A DNA stretch of 64,000 nucleotides from Patescibacteria group bacterium (GCA_024277435.1 JAJRVJ010000031.1:11-64010), one strand, 5' to 3'. Numbered from the stretch's first letter, positions 18,690-29,628 are shown. Made by a program: numbers and translations. Notes: generated by a model from the letters alone, not told the origin.

Positions 18690-19937
18690 TTAAAAATGCT
18701 TTTTTACAACCTGTTCAGCGTATTCCGAAGTTAATCCTACGGTACTGAAATTGAGCAATTCACCGGCATAATACGTATGCTGTGCTCCTTGCATGGATTC
18801 GAGAGTATCAAAATATCCTTCTTTCATAGTATCTGGAGTAACGTGAGGAAAATACTTCCAGTGCTCGATAGTATGTACTCTTGTAAGTGTACCACCCATT
18901 TTTTCTACAAGATCTGTTACGTTATCCACTACTTCATCATCAGACATTTTCCAATCACCTAATACGTAAAATGTATATACACCTGTGCCACTATGGCGAT
19001 GATACCAAAACACTGGATGTCCAGCGCGATCTGAAGAATAATTCGCAGGAACATAGCCACTTGTTTCTGGTAACCCCTGTACTGAGCACGCGATTGTTCG
19101 GTAATCTATATAAAGAATTTTTGAAAATAACTCTCGTTCTTGCGCAGTTGCATTCATGAATTCAATAGCTTCATCTAACGGTGAGGTGATAATTAATTTA
19201 TCAAACTGCAATTGTTCTGTATCTGTTGTTATCGTAACACCTTCATCTCTCTTAATGCTGTTAATGGTAACGTTATATCGAATATCGTGCTCTTTAGCAA
19301 CGGCCGTCCATAAATGTTGAATGCCATCAGGGAATGTATACAACTGCCGTTTAATAAAAGATTTTATTGTATCCCAAGAATAATATTTTAATACATAAGC
19401 TGCAGGAATGTCATTAAAGTATCCGTAGCCAAATCCTGTAAAAAATGCCGCTAGCTCATTCGCTAGTAATTCGATGTTATGTTGCTTTGCCCAATCCGAA
19501 AATGGAATACAGAGCTCTGGATCTACGTGTACTAAACCCGGTTTTGCTATATCCTTATGTTGACGCACTAACGTTCTGTACGTTAAAAGAACCTGTTTTA
19601 ACAAACTGCGTTTTTCTTCTAAGCGTTGTTTGGGGAATGGCTTTCCGTCGGCTGGATCAATTAATACCGTTCTACCAAATTCAACAGGCTTGATACGCAC
19701 ATTGTATTTCTTTGCTAATCGAAATACTGATTTATTATTTTTTGCAATAATCCCCGCTCCCAACTCATAGATACACCCTTCTATCTCAACAGAAGAACAT
19801 TTCCCTCCAGCCCGATCTGCTTTTTCAAGAATGGTGACATGTTGGTAACCTTTATGCTTTAGCGCTTCTGCAGCTGTAAGCCCAGCGGCACCAGCTCCAA
19901 TAATTACTACCCTTTGATTGATCGCTTGATCTTCCAT
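18690..19937 (-). CDS. FAD-dependent oxidoreductase (amine oxidase family)
   Basis: IIGAGAAGL, RAGGK, ELGA, WKYFPHV, YYAGELL; start set at MEDQ. Confidence 0.82.
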   Translation of the reverse strand: MEDQAINQRVVIIGAGAAGLTAAEALKHKGYQHVTILEKADRAGGKCSSVEIEGCIYELGAGIIAKNNKSVFRLAKKYNVRIKPVEFGRTVLIDPADGKPFPKQRLEEKRSLLKQVLLTYRTLVRQHKDIAKPGLVHVDPELCIPFSDWAKQHNIELLANELAAFFTGFGYGYFNDIPAAYVLKYYSWDTIKSFIKRQLYTFPDGIQHLWTAVAKEHDIRYNVTINSIKRDEGVTITTDTEQLQFDKLIITSPLDEAIEFMNATAQERELFSKILYIDYRTIACSVQGLPETSGYVPANYSSDRAGHPVFWYHRHSGTGVYTFYVLGDWKMSDDEVVDNVTDLVEKMGGTLTRVHTIEHWKYFPHVTPDTMKEGYFDTLESMQGAQHTYYAGELLNFSTVGLTSEYAEQVVKKHF

Positions 19938-21523
19938 AACATATTCTTTTTCAATATAGCTGAAGCGCATAATACACCCCCCATAACCCCTCCTGAAATA
20001 CTAGCAATCATGGCATCTTGCCCGGTGAGATATAAATTTTTTACTGGAGTATGTGTTTTCAAGAATTTTTGACGGAACCGTTTAGGGGTATGCCCAGCAC
20101 CGTAAATTTCTCCTTTTGGATGTCCAGAAAAATGCCTGGTAGAGAGTGGTGATGAAATTTCGTAATAATCAATTTTTCCTTTTAATTGTGGCGCAACACG
20201 ATATAGTTGCTCGAACATCTGCTCTCCAATTTTGCTTTTGAGCTCTTCATATTCATCAGACCGCTTATTCCATTCTGTGCCCTCCCATTTTTTGAACCAC
20301 TCGTACGGTAAAAGAATAATAACTTCAGCCGTAGTGCGACCAGGATGTGTTTCTTCGGATTCAGGATCTTTAGCCGATGGAAACGATGCGAATGCAACTG
20401 GTAGCTGCGCATGTACATCTGTATAACCCGCTTGATTTACTACATGATTATACTCATCAGGAAAAATCCAATAATTACATTTTGGAAGATTAAGGTTTTT
20501 CGTTGATTCTTTAATACCAACATATAATCCCATGTGTGCTAGTGAAGGTGTAAGCTCCTTGAGTTGCTCTTTAAGAGAGTGTTGTTCTATTACTTCTTCA
20601 GGAAGTAATGTAGAAAATGTATTTACAATGCCAGCGTCACTAATAATTATTTTAGCATGAATGGATTTTCCATCGGCCATTTCTACTCCTACGGCTTTAT
20701 TTTTTTCTACGATGATGTTTTTTACCGCAGCTCGATAGACCGCTGTACCACCAGCCTCTTCAATAACCGGTACAATTGTTTCAGCTAGCCGCTGCCCTCC
20801 ACCAACTGGATATCCGGCACCGTCCATATAATGATTTGCTAGGGTGGCATGCATATAAAAACTACTTTCCGATGGTTGTAAGCCGTAATCACCGTACTGT
20901 GCAGTAAGCACGCCAATGAGTTTTTCATTATCGGTAATACTCTGCAATACTTCTAGCGTTGTTTGGTCGGAAACGCGTAATACATCTTTCCGTAAAAAAT
21001 TACCAAGCATCTTCGCAAGAAATGCTGGCAACACTTTTTCAATATAATACCCAATGCCTAGATTATTCACAGAATCAAGTAATGTGAAATACATATCGAT
21101 GGAATGACCATCCTCTTCAGCTGGGAAATATTCTTTAAGTTTGGCTATTAAATTTTTCCTGCCGCGTGGAAATTCATATTCTGTATCTCCAAATACCGCC
21201 CGATCATACACGTCATCTAACGGCTCCCATTTAAGATTATCATTCGTGATATAACGAAACACTTTATTTAGTAGCGTGCCTGGAATATGCACTTGACCAA
21301 CGTAGTGCAAACCCACGTCCCAGATATATCCTTTTCGTGTAAACGCATGAGTATATCCGCCAATGACGTAATGCTGCTCAAGAACCAGTACGCGCTTACC
21401 TTCTTTCGCGAGCAAGGCAGCCACACTTAACCCTCCGGTACCTGAGCCAATAACAATAGCATCAAACGCCGATCGATCTTGCTCTTGTTGTTTTTTAAAT
21501 GAAATATATGATTGCCCAACCAC
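19907..21523 (-). CDS. phytoene desaturase/retinol saturase (CrtI/RetSat)-like flavoenzyme
   Basis: IGSGTGGL, LEQHYVIGGYTH, WDVGLHYVG, YPVGG, SSPLS, GEIYG, LYLTGQD. Confidence 0.85.
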   Translation of the reverse strand: MVGQSYISFKKQQEQDRSAFDAIVIGSGTGGLSVAALLAKEGKRVLVLEQHYVIGGYTHAFTRKGYIWDVGLHYVGQVHIPGTLLNKVFRYITNDNLKWEPLDDVYDRAVFGDTEYEFPRGRKNLIAKLKEYFPAEEDGHSIDMYFTLLDSVNNLGIGYYIEKVLPAFLAKMLGNFLRKDVLRVSDQTTLEVLQSITDNEKLIGVLTAQYGDYGLQPSESSFYMHATLANHYMDGAGYPVGGGQRLAETIVPVIEEAGGTAVYRAAVKNIIVEKNKAVGVEMADGKSIHAKIIISDAGIVNTFSTLLPEEVIEQHSLKEQLKELTPSLAHMGLYVGIKESTKNLNLPKCNYWIFPDEYNHVVNQAGYTDVHAQLPVAFASFPSAKDPESEETHPGRTTAEVIILLPYEWFKKWEGTEWNKRSDEYEELKSKIGEQMFEQLYRVAPQLKGKIDYYEISSPLSTRHFSGHPKGEIYGAGHTPKRFRQKFLKTHTPVKNLYLTGQDAMIASISGGVMGGVLCASAILKKNMLWKIKRSIKG

Positions 21524-21571
21524 TGTAATAGTATTACTAATATCTCTCTAACTATAGGTGAGTTAGAATAT

Positions 21572-22105
21572 CTATGCAATAGTCCGGCGATATACATACA
21601 CTGTATAGTCAGCTATTGCCAGTAAAGAAACTCCAAATACTATATATGATGCTACTTCAAAAAATGACTGATATTCAATGAGTAGAAAAAACAGTGCCAA
21701 GAATTGAAATACCGTTGTAAACTTACTTAAACGCCGAGCTTTTAACTCAACTTTTCTGAAAGATACTACAATAAGTTGTAAAGCGGCAAACACTAACGTC
21801 GCTACATCTCTCATAAAAAACATCACAAGAAATATGGCGGAAATGTCCATACGAATAAAAAAGAACCCAAATACCATTACTACAAATAACCTATCAAATA
21901 TTGGATCAATCACAGCCCCTATCTTACTCTCCTGCCCTAGTTTTCTAGCTAAGAACCCATCAAACATATCACTAAGCATTGCTACGATAAAAATAGCCAA
22001 GCGCACATACACATTAGGCGTCATCATCAACAGCACTGCTAACGGTAAGCGAGATGCGGAAACTAAATTTGGTAACGTTATTATTTTTTTTCCAATATTT
22101 TTCAC
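21572..22105 (-). CDS. CDP-alcohol phosphatidyltransferase (PgsA-like)
   Basis: TLPNLVSASR; DMFDGFLARK...G...DPIFD signature; GTG start after TGCTATACT. Confidence 0.88.
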   Translation of the reverse strand: MKNIGKKIITLPNLVSASRLPLAVLLMMTPNVYVRLAIFIVAMLSDMFDGFLARKLGQESKIGAVIDPIFDRLFVVMVFGFFFIRMDISAIFLVMFFMRDVATLVFAALQLIVVSFRKVELKARRLSKFTTVFQFLALFFLLIEYQSFFEVASYIVFGVSLLAIADYTVYVYRRTIA

Positions 22106-22200
22106 TTTACATATAGTATAGCAGTAAATTACCAAACTAAAAGCAGCCCGATTGGACCGCTTTTATGCTTTCTATAATGAAGAGCTTTACCATCTGCCTA

Positions 22201-22628
22201 TTAATTTCCGTATACAGCTTCTTCATACTCTGCATACATTTATGCTACATCTTTAACAGTATCCACGGAAGATCGCGTTGCTGTATCAAAAGTAGCATCT
22301 TGCACTTCTTCAACCTTATCGTTAATAGCTTCTAATGTTTCTTCATCAACATTCTCTTATAAATGGTTGTAATTGTACGTTTCATATATATACTATTATT
22401 TCTCATTAATATTATTAAACATCTTCAATATCGTCGCCGAGTTCATACCCAACAATATTATCACCGGAAGATACAGCATCAGTTGTGTCTTCTGCGGAAT
22501 TAATTGCTTGATTTAGTTGATCCATCAAGTCCTCTACTTCTGTTGTGTCTATGCTTGTTCCTGTTGACTCAGCTTCTTTTACCACTACATCACCGTCGTC
22601 ACTGTCGTCGGCTTCCGTGGTATTAGAT
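22201..22628 (-). pseudogene. two eroded genes for acidic, probably exported proteins
   Basis: 22415-22628 reads SNTTEADDSDDG...LGDDIEDV* with no start; 22201-22385 starts MKRTITT, then continues out of frame as ENVDEETLEAINDK...VA*MYAEYEEAVYGN*. Confidence 0.5.
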
Positions 22629-22670
22629 CAATTATTAAGTCTTACGAGGATTGCACTATAGTGTGCATTA

Positions 22671-23060
22671 CTATTTAAACGTAACGTCGATTCTATAGAA
22701 TTCATTATTATCCGGGTTGCGCATTTGCATGTCCGGTTCGCCCACTTTAAACGCAGCTTGTACGGCCTTAGCTAAGGATAACGCTAAGTTCTTCTCCTGC
22801 ATTGTGCACTGAATATGATTAGCATCAATTTGTGTGATATTTATATCATCTGAAGTGTTACCATGCTGCTTTATATGATTCTTGATAGTATTATTAAGAT
22901 CATCAATATTTGCAATGCTACTTACATTCAAAAAATTCACAGTGCTTTCATGAATAAATGCATGATCCTCTTGAGCTGAAGCGAGATCCTTACTTTTTGG
23001 TGATGGGTTAGTCCCTGTTTTAGAGCGACTTTGACTGATGGCGCGATTACGAGAATCCAT
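22671..23060 (-). CDS. hypothetical protein
   Basis: 129-aa ORF; C-terminus (LAKAVQAAFK...YRIDV) weakly recalls BCAM0308/NMD3-like proteins. Confidence 0.6.
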   Translation of the reverse strand: MDSRNRAISQSRSKTGTNPSPKSKDLASAQEDHAFIHESTVNFLNVSSIANIDDLNNTIKNHIKQHGNTSDDINITQIDANHIQCTMQEKNLALSLAKAVQAAFKVGEPDMQMRNPDNNEFYRIDVTFK

Positions 23061-23231
23061 AGTTGTGCTTAATTAATAATAGTAAATACTCATTACAGTA
23101 TACCATGAAGTGTCGTGTATGATGAACTTATTTATGATTGAATGTATAATTCTCGCTTATAGCAGTGTAGACCCTCTGAATGATCCCAATTAGTTGAGCC
23201 AATTAATTTAGCTTGCTCAACTCTACTATAC

Positions 23232-24221
23232 TCATAACTCATCCTCGGTTAAGGTTTTGTATGAACAACCAGCTGCGTATGTCATACCCTCTTCATCATA
23301 TATGGAAGTGTCCAACTTAAATGCCTCCCAATCCTGCATATGCTGTTCTATTTTTTGTTCGTACTCAGATCGTAATTTCTTCCCAAAAAATGTAAATGGA
23401 CAATAGTGCCCCTTTGATCCGTAAATGTCCAGCTCTACACGTCCGTGCGTACTTGACCATGTTCCCGGTGCGCCAAGTATATCACCAGCCTTTACGTAAT
23501 CTCCCTTCTTTACGGTTAAGTCCTTAATATGATCTATTCCTACAGTAATGCTTGGATAATTTTTTACTGTACCAATTCCAATCTCGTAATCGGCAGTTGA
23601 GTCTTGATATTTTCTACTGACAATATATCCATTGATTGGGCTGTACACATTAGCCTCAGGACTCACTCGATACTCAAACGTTGGTAATAACTTTGCACCT
23701 CCCTGCGCATCTTCTACTTCAGCGCCAAACTCCAAGAAAACTTTATCTTCGCTGTACGAGGCGTTAAAATCAAATGCGCCAGCTCGCCCTGTATCCTGAT
23801 CCCAATCCTCAAAATCTACTAACAAATTCTTAATGACCGGATCGGGAGCCTTAGTAACCGCTCTATAGGTATCGGACCATGGGCCGCAGTTCATTTTACT
23901 TGTACAGGCCCGGATTTTGAAATAATATGCAAGTCCAGACCTTAGCTTTTTAACCAAAAACTTCTTGCTATTTCTTTTAGTGCGATTTCGTTTGATAAAT
24001 CTAAATTTACCATTAGATTTCTCTCGTAGAGTTTTAATCTGATAAAATTCTACACCTTCTATTCGTTTCCACTTTAATTGTACGCGCTTAGTAGTGCGCT
24101 TTGTGATTCGAATATTATCAACTATCTCAATACTATAGTCCACCTCTGCATTCACCGAAGACAGCGGCAATACTACCAGTGCACTTACTAGGAATAGAGT
24201 GGTAAGTCTTAAAACTGACAT
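23232..24221 (-). CDS. secreted basic FN3 domain + degenerate M23 peptidase-like domain
   Basis: signal peptide; LRSGLAYYFKIRAC...GPWS; VYSPING..., VKKGDYVKAGDILG; HxH replaced by RVE. Confidence 0.7.
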   Translation of the reverse strand: MSVLRLTTLFLVSALVVLPLSSVNAEVDYSIEIVDNIRITKRTTKRVQLKWKRIEGVEFYQIKTLREKSNGKFRFIKRNRTKRNSKKFLVKKLRSGLAYYFKIRACTSKMNCGPWSDTYRAVTKAPDPVIKNLLVDFEDWDQDTGRAGAFDFNASYSEDKVFLEFGAEVEDAQGGAKLLPTFEYRVSPEANVYSPINGYIVSRKYQDSTADYEIGIGTVKNYPSITVGIDHIKDLTVKKGDYVKAGDILGAPGTWSSTHGRVELDIYGSKGHYCPFTFFGKKLRSEYEQKIEQHMQDWEAFKLDTSIYDEEGMTYAAGCSYKTLTEDEL

Positions 24222-24257
24222 ATTATTAATGGTTCTCCATCTTTAATTACGTGATGT

Positions 24258-25030
24258 TTATGATAGCAATACACCGCCATCAATAGTCATTATTGATCCT
24301 GTCATATAGGACGAGGCATCACTGGCAAGAAACAGTGCAGCGGTAGCAATGTCATCTGGCTGACCCATTCTTCCCAATGGAATTTTCGCAAGAAATGCTT
24401 CCATGGTTTTTTTCATTTCTTCAGCAGACTGACTAGTCCCACCACTCATTTTTTCTACACCTTCTGTTGCAATGCCTCCGGGAGCGATAGCATTTACTCG
24501 AATACCGAGTGTGCCAAATTCCAAGGCGACGTTTTTCGTAAAGCCCCATACACCATGTTTTGATGCATCGTAGGCACCTAAGCCAACCATGCTTGGATGG
24601 AATGCATCTATTGAAGCAATATTGATAATATTGCCAGCTCCATTACTTTTCATCATTTGTGTTGCATTTTGCGTACACAGAAACACACTGCGCATATTCA
24701 CTGCTTGCACCTTGTCCCAAAATTCAACTGTCATATCTTGTACGGATGCTGTTGGGAAAATACCGGCGTTATTTACACATATATCTAACTGTCCAAATTC
24801 TTCACCTCTTGCTCATCACTAACATCGGTTTTTACAAATACACACCGCGTCTCAGAAGTAGTAAGTGCCTCAGCTTTTTGAGAACCAACTTCTTCATCAA
24901 TATCAGCAATAATAACATGCGCGCCAGCCTCATGAAAACGCTGCGCAATACCGTACCCAATACCCATTGCGGCACCAGTAATAACAGCTACTTTACCTTC
25001 TAAATTAAAAAGTTCTTGTATAGTTTTCAT
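24258..25030 (-). pseudogene. SDR-family oxidoreductase broken by a frameshifting deletion
   Basis: [17 protein letters not shown] in one frame; [25 protein letters not shown] in another; junction at about 24795-24805. Confidence 0.85.
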
Positions 25031-25137
25031 ATGTATGAACTATAATAATTAAACACTTATATATGTAGTGTACTCTATCCGACTAAAAAAGCACACGGCA
25101 CTGGCTATCGCATGAGTACTTATGCTAAGATGCGTGA

Positions 25138-26943
25138 ATGGCTACAGATATTCAAAACATTCTCGAAGACACATTTGGATTTACCACCTTTCGTGATAAT
25201 CAAGCAGAAATTATTGAACATGTATTAAACGGCAACGATGCTCTCGTTATTATGCCTACTGGTGGAGGGAAATCTCTCTGCTATCAACTGCCAGCCCTGC
25301 ACTTAAATGGGCTTACCGTAGTGGTTTCACCATTAATAGCATTAATGGACGATCAGGTATCTGCCCTACAACAGTTGAATATCTCGGCGGGCGCACTCCA
25401 TAGTAATGCTACCGAACAAGAAGCCCGCAGTATATATAGCGATATTCGCAGCCGTACCCTGGATTTATTATACGTATCTCCTGAACGCCTATTATCGGAA
25501 AGCTTCTTGAATTTTCTTACAAATCAAGAAGTATCCCTATTCGCTATTGATGAAGCCCATTGTGTATCGGTATGGGGTAACGATTTTCGGCCAGAGTATG
25601 TAAAACTCTCTGCGATAAAAAAACACTTTCCGGATGCACCTGTATTAGCGCTTACTGCTACGGCTGATCATGCAACGCGAGCTGATATTCTTCATCAACT
25701 AGATTTAGATGATGGGCGCACATTCCTTAGTAGCTTTGAACGAGCCAATATTACATCACACGCCAAACCTGGACAAAAACGCATCGATCAAATAGTGCAG
25801 TTTATTTCAAATAGTACTAATAAAGATAAACCAGGAATTGTGTATTGCTTAAGCCGCCGGAGCACAGAAAAAGTTGCGGCAGATTTAGTAGCTCGCGGTT
25901 TTGATGCCGAGTTTTATCATGCAGGCGTTAATGCCGAAGATCGTAGACGTATTCAAACAGACTTTCAAAATGACAATATCCAAATTATCTGCGCCACCAT
26001 TGCCTTTGGCATGGGAATTGATAAACCAAATATAGCTTGGGTAATTCATTATAATCTCCCAAAAAATATTGAAGGCTACTACCAAGAAATTGGACGGTCT
26101 GGTCGTGATGGCAATCCTGCGGAAACACTTCTCTTCTATAGCTGGCGAGATTTCTTGCAACTACAATCGTTTATTGATGATAGTGAATCCGAAGAGCATT
26201 TCAAACAACTACAAACTGCCAAACTCCAACGTATGTGGCAATTTGCTACAGCCATGAACTGCCGCACAAACCTTGTATTAAATTACTTTGGTGAATACCG
26301 AGCTGATGATTGCAAGCATTGTGATAATTGCATTACTCCTCCTGCCATTATTGATGGAACAGTACACACACAAATGGCATTATCTGCCCTGGTGCGCACG
26401 CAAGAACAAGTTGGCCTAAATACGCTTATTGGAATATTACGTGGATCCAACCAGGCTGATATTCGACACCATAACTATCATGAAATAAAAACCTTTGGTG
26501 CCGGCAAAGAAACATCGTTTGAACACTGGCAGCATTATATTCATCAACTCCTCAACCTAGGCCTTATACGGGTAGATTTTACAGATTCCTCTCGTTTAAA
26601 ACTTACACCTCTATCTGAAGCTGTGCTTACAGGTAAATCTAAAGTGAAATTAGCAAAATTTGTATCAGAAGAAGAACAGAAGAAGACTCAGGCTAAACGC
26701 ATTAAGATAACTGAGGAAAATGTAAATGATGATTTATTAGATAGCCTAAAAGTTTGGCGCAAAGAACTCGCTAAAGAACAGGGCGTTCCAGCCTTTGTTA
26801 TTTTCAACGATAAAACTCTATTGCAGGTTGCTAGCACTTTACCAAAAAATGATGGTGAATTATTAGCCGTAGATGGAATTGGTCCGGTGAAACTTGAAAA
26901 ATACGGCAGCGCAGTACTAAAAATAGTTAAGAAGCACTCATAA
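25138..26943 (+). CDS. recQ: ATP-dependent DNA helicase RecQ
   Basis: MPTGGGKSLCYQLP, DEAHCVSVWGNDFRP, QEIGRSGRDG, Zn-binding Cys, RQC and HRDC domains. Confidence 0.96.
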   Translation: MATDIQNILEDTFGFTTFRDNQAEIIEHVLNGNDALVIMPTGGGKSLCYQLPALHLNGLTVVVSPLIALMDDQVSALQQLNISAGALHSNATEQEARSIYSDIRSRTLDLLYVSPERLLSESFLNFLTNQEVSLFAIDEAHCVSVWGNDFRPEYVKLSAIKKHFPDAPVLALTATADHATRADILHQLDLDDGRTFLSSFERANITSHAKPGQKRIDQIVQFISNSTNKDKPGIVYCLSRRSTEKVAADLVARGFDAEFYHAGVNAEDRRRIQTDFQNDNIQIICATIAFGMGIDKPNIAWVIHYNLPKNIEGYYQEIGRSGRDGNPAETLLFYSWRDFLQLQSFIDDSESEEHFKQLQTAKLQRMWQFATAMNCRTNLVLNYFGEYRADDCKHCDNCITPPAIIDGTVHTQMALSALVRTQEQVGLNTLIGILRGSNQADIRHHNYHEIKTFGAGKETSFEHWQHYIHQLLNLGLIRVDFTDSSRLKLTPLSEAVLTGKSKVKLAKFVSEEEQKKTQAKRIKITEENVNDDLLDSLKVWRKELAKEQGVPAFVIFNDKTLLQVASTLPKNDGELLAVDGIGPVKLEKYGSAVLKIVKKHS

Positions 26944-27121
26944 GTTACTATCGTACTTTTTGTACTCTAAAGTATTGATCACTTAATATATCAAGAATAA
27001 AATATGATTCCTCCATACTAACCGATCGATGCAGGACATCGCGCAAAATATGTAAGCTCGGTTTGATCTCACATATTTCTTTTTTACTTTCTTGTTTTTT
27101 GGAGTTTTTACTTGCACTCTA

Positions 27122-27589
27122 TTACTTTGTGCACTCTATGCGATTTGGGCTTGATAGCAATTCACATTGAACAGTGTCGGTTGCTATCACGTTATGAACA
27201 GTATCATTAATATCAAGTGTACCCGTGTACATCCACCAAAACCCTAGTGATGTAAGTTCTGACCAGGAGCTCGCTGTGAACGACACTTCAACTCTACACA
27301 GTAAACGGTGACCACCACTACCACATAATGGCGAGATACTTGGATATGTTATTACAACATCACCCCCATCAAACGATCCTGACGTGGTTACAGTATCTGT
27401 AAGAAATGATCCATAATACGTTTTTACGGTGAGTTCTGGACTACCAAATAACCCGCCACTTGCTGCTGTAATTTCCTCGAAGGTGATTTCTACAGGAATA
27501 TTTGCCGCAGAAACAGATGACGCCCCAGTAAATGCAAATACTGCTGTTACGGTAATGATACTAATATATCTATATATATTCATAGCCAT
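27122..27589 (-). CDS. secreted hypothetical protein with four Cys
   Basis: signal peptide ending VSA-A; beta-rich. Confidence 0.65.
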   Translation of the reverse strand: MAMNIYRYISIITVTAVFAFTGASSVSAANIPVEITFEEITAASGGLFGSPELTVKTYYGSFLTDTVTTSGSFDGGDVVITYPSISPLCGSGGHRLLCRVEVSFTASSWSELTSLGFWWMYTGTLDINDTVHNVIATDTVQCELLSSPNRIECTK

Positions 27590-27614
27590 TGAAGTTAAAA
27601 ATTTATCTTAGTTA

Positions 27615-27767
27615 AATAAAAACTCGCCTAAAACCCCACTAATGGGAGAGCGAGTACGCTTCTAGACTATTTATTCTTTATTGAAATAGGTCGTCTGAGT
27701 AAACCTGCTACCGTAGCTTACGCCACGAGAACGAAATAAGGATAGCGGATTATATACTTAATGTCAA
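27615..27767 (-). promoter_or_regulatory. promoter plus structured leader ending in a terminator-like hairpin
   Basis: TTGACA(27767-27762)-17 bp-TATCCT; GUAA-capped hairpin CGUGGC/GCUACG; ACUCGC...GCGAGU followed by a U tract before the CDS. Confidence 0.55.
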
Positions 27768-27797
27768 GGTTGTCCACACTACGTAATATGGACAACC
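27768..27797 (-). terminator. hairpin downstream of the SulP gene
   Basis: ggttgtcca-12 nt-tggacaacc. Confidence 0.55.
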
Positions 27798-27807
27798 ACC
27801 AACCAGT

Positions 27808-29505
27808 CTACTCCTCTCTATATTCGTAATATTCACAGCTCTTGGTAGCGTCCTGATCCTTCAACGCCTGATTAATGGCATCCTTTGTGCGATCAAATAT
27901 ACGATTCTCTCCAAACTCTTTTAGTAGTGAAGATTTATTGATCGCATCTTTTACTTGTGGTTGTAATCCACATAAGTACACGGATCGTTGTGGTTTATGA
28001 ATATGTAAAATACTACGCAGTGCGTTTATACCAGTTACATCAATTAATGAAGTATCGTGTAAACGTAGAATGATCCCCTGCGTGTGCATCTCTCTATCAA
28101 GTGCATCAATGGCACTATGCACAGCTCCAAAAAACAGAGGTCCATCTATATTAAATACACTGATATGAGGGCAATCCACTGGTTTTACTGAAGGCACAAA
28201 TACCTCCCCTTTATCACGATCAAGTATGGCATGACTAACTTCTAACTTACTCACGTCACGCAAAAATAATAACGCTGCCAATACCAATCCAATGGGTATA
28301 CTAATGGTAAGATCTAAGAATACGGTAAGTAATAGCGTAACAAGCAGAACTCCTGCATCTGATTTACCACCAAACCGTATCATATCAATGATCTGACGAG
28401 GCTCAAGCATACGACCAGCTACAATTAGTAACACTCCGGCTAACGCAGCTAATGGAATTTTACTTACGAGTGGAGCAAATAATAACATGATTGCCAATAA
28501 AATTAATCCATGAAAAATGTTGGCCATTCGGGTTTTACCACCAGCTCTAATATTTAATCCGGTACGAGCAATTACCCCACTAACCGGAATCCCTCCAACT
28601 AAGGCTGATCCTACATTAGCCATACCAACACCCACTAATTGAGCATTTGAATGATGTTTGGTTTTAGTCATACCATCGGCCACTACACTTGTGAGTAGTG
28701 TTTCAACCATAGCTAATCCAGCAATAGCCAGCGCTGGCCCGATTAACTCTGGCACCATACTAAAATAAAACTGAGGCACGTGTACCGCCGGTAGCGTAGC
28801 AGAAATTACTCCATAGACACTCTCGATTGTAGAAACTTGGAATTGAAATACAATAGCTATAATAGTGGCTGCAACAATCCCTATCAAAGCAGCTGGTAAC
28901 TTTGGTTTCCAACGCTGCATTGCAACCATTGCAACAGCAGTTATTACAGTAACCATTACAGCTGGCCAATATGTGGATCCTAAATGCGATGCCACTTCCA
29001 TAATATTCTGATGAAAATATTCATGCTTCTCTATATCAGAAAGCCCAAATATACTGGTAAGTTGCGTACTTAAAATAACTACAGCAATACCACTCGTAAA
29101 CCCTACAATTACTGGGTATGGAATATACCGCACCAGGCTTCCTAAACGGAAAATAGCTACTATTATCATAATAACTCCTGCCATTATTGTAGTAACTAAC
29201 ATTTTTTCATATCCAAATTTCAGCACGACGCTAAATAATATAGCAATAAACGCGCCAGCTGGACCCGCAATAGTAAAGTTGGATCCACCTACTATACCAG
29301 CAATCAACCCCGCAGCAATCGCTGCGTATAAACCAAGCTGTGGATCTAATCCCGCACTAATAGAAAAAGACATAGCAAGTGGCAGTGCCACAAGAGCCAC
29401 AATAACGCCAGATAACAAATCTGCCTGGAGAGAACTTAGTGAGTACTTTCCAATACTGCGAATGCGTTCATGATAAAATTGTACTATACCCTGACTTTTT
29501 GACAT
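27808..29505 (-). CDS. SulP/SLC26 anion transporter with STAS domain
   Basis: DLLSGVIVALVALPLAMSF, GPAGAF, IARTGLNIRAGGKT, DGPLFFG, IDVTG. Confidence 0.93.
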   Translation of the reverse strand: MSKSQGIVQFYHERIRSIGKYSLSSLQADLLSGVIVALVALPLAMSFSISAGLDPQLGLYAAIAAGLIAGIVGGSNFTIAGPAGAFIAILFSVVLKFGYEKMLVTTIMAGVIMIIVAIFRLGSLVRYIPYPVIVGFTSGIAVVILSTQLTSIFGLSDIEKHEYFHQNIMEVASHLGSTYWPAVMVTVITAVAMVAMQRWKPKLPAALIGIVAATIIAIVFQFQVSTIESVYGVISATLPAVHVPQFYFSMVPELIGPALAIAGLAMVETLLTSVVADGMTKTKHHSNAQLVGVGMANVGSALVGGIPVSGVIARTGLNIRAGGKTRMANIFHGLILLAIMLLFAPLVSKIPLAALAGVLLIVAGRMLEPRQIIDMIRFGGKSDAGVLLVTLLLTVFLDLTISIPIGLVLAALLFLRDVSKLEVSHAILDRDKGEVFVPSVKPVDCPHISVFNIDGPLFFGAVHSAIDALDREMHTQGIILRLHDTSLIDVTGINALRSILHIHKPQRSVYLCGLQPQVKDAINKSSLLKEFGENRIFDRTKDAINQALKDQDATKSCEYYEYREE

Positions 29506-29628
29506 GAAAAAAGATTATAGCATAAAGACTTAATTATTTGCAATATTAGCAGCTCATTTACCTACTCTTCACAGAAGCTAGAGCTTGCGATACACTTTGA
29601 TTATTACTAATTAAGACTCATACATATT

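Noticed and set aside
26950-27115. Possible short Lys-rich ORF or remnant downstream of recQ
   Set aside because: No convincing start or motif in any frame; cannot be supported
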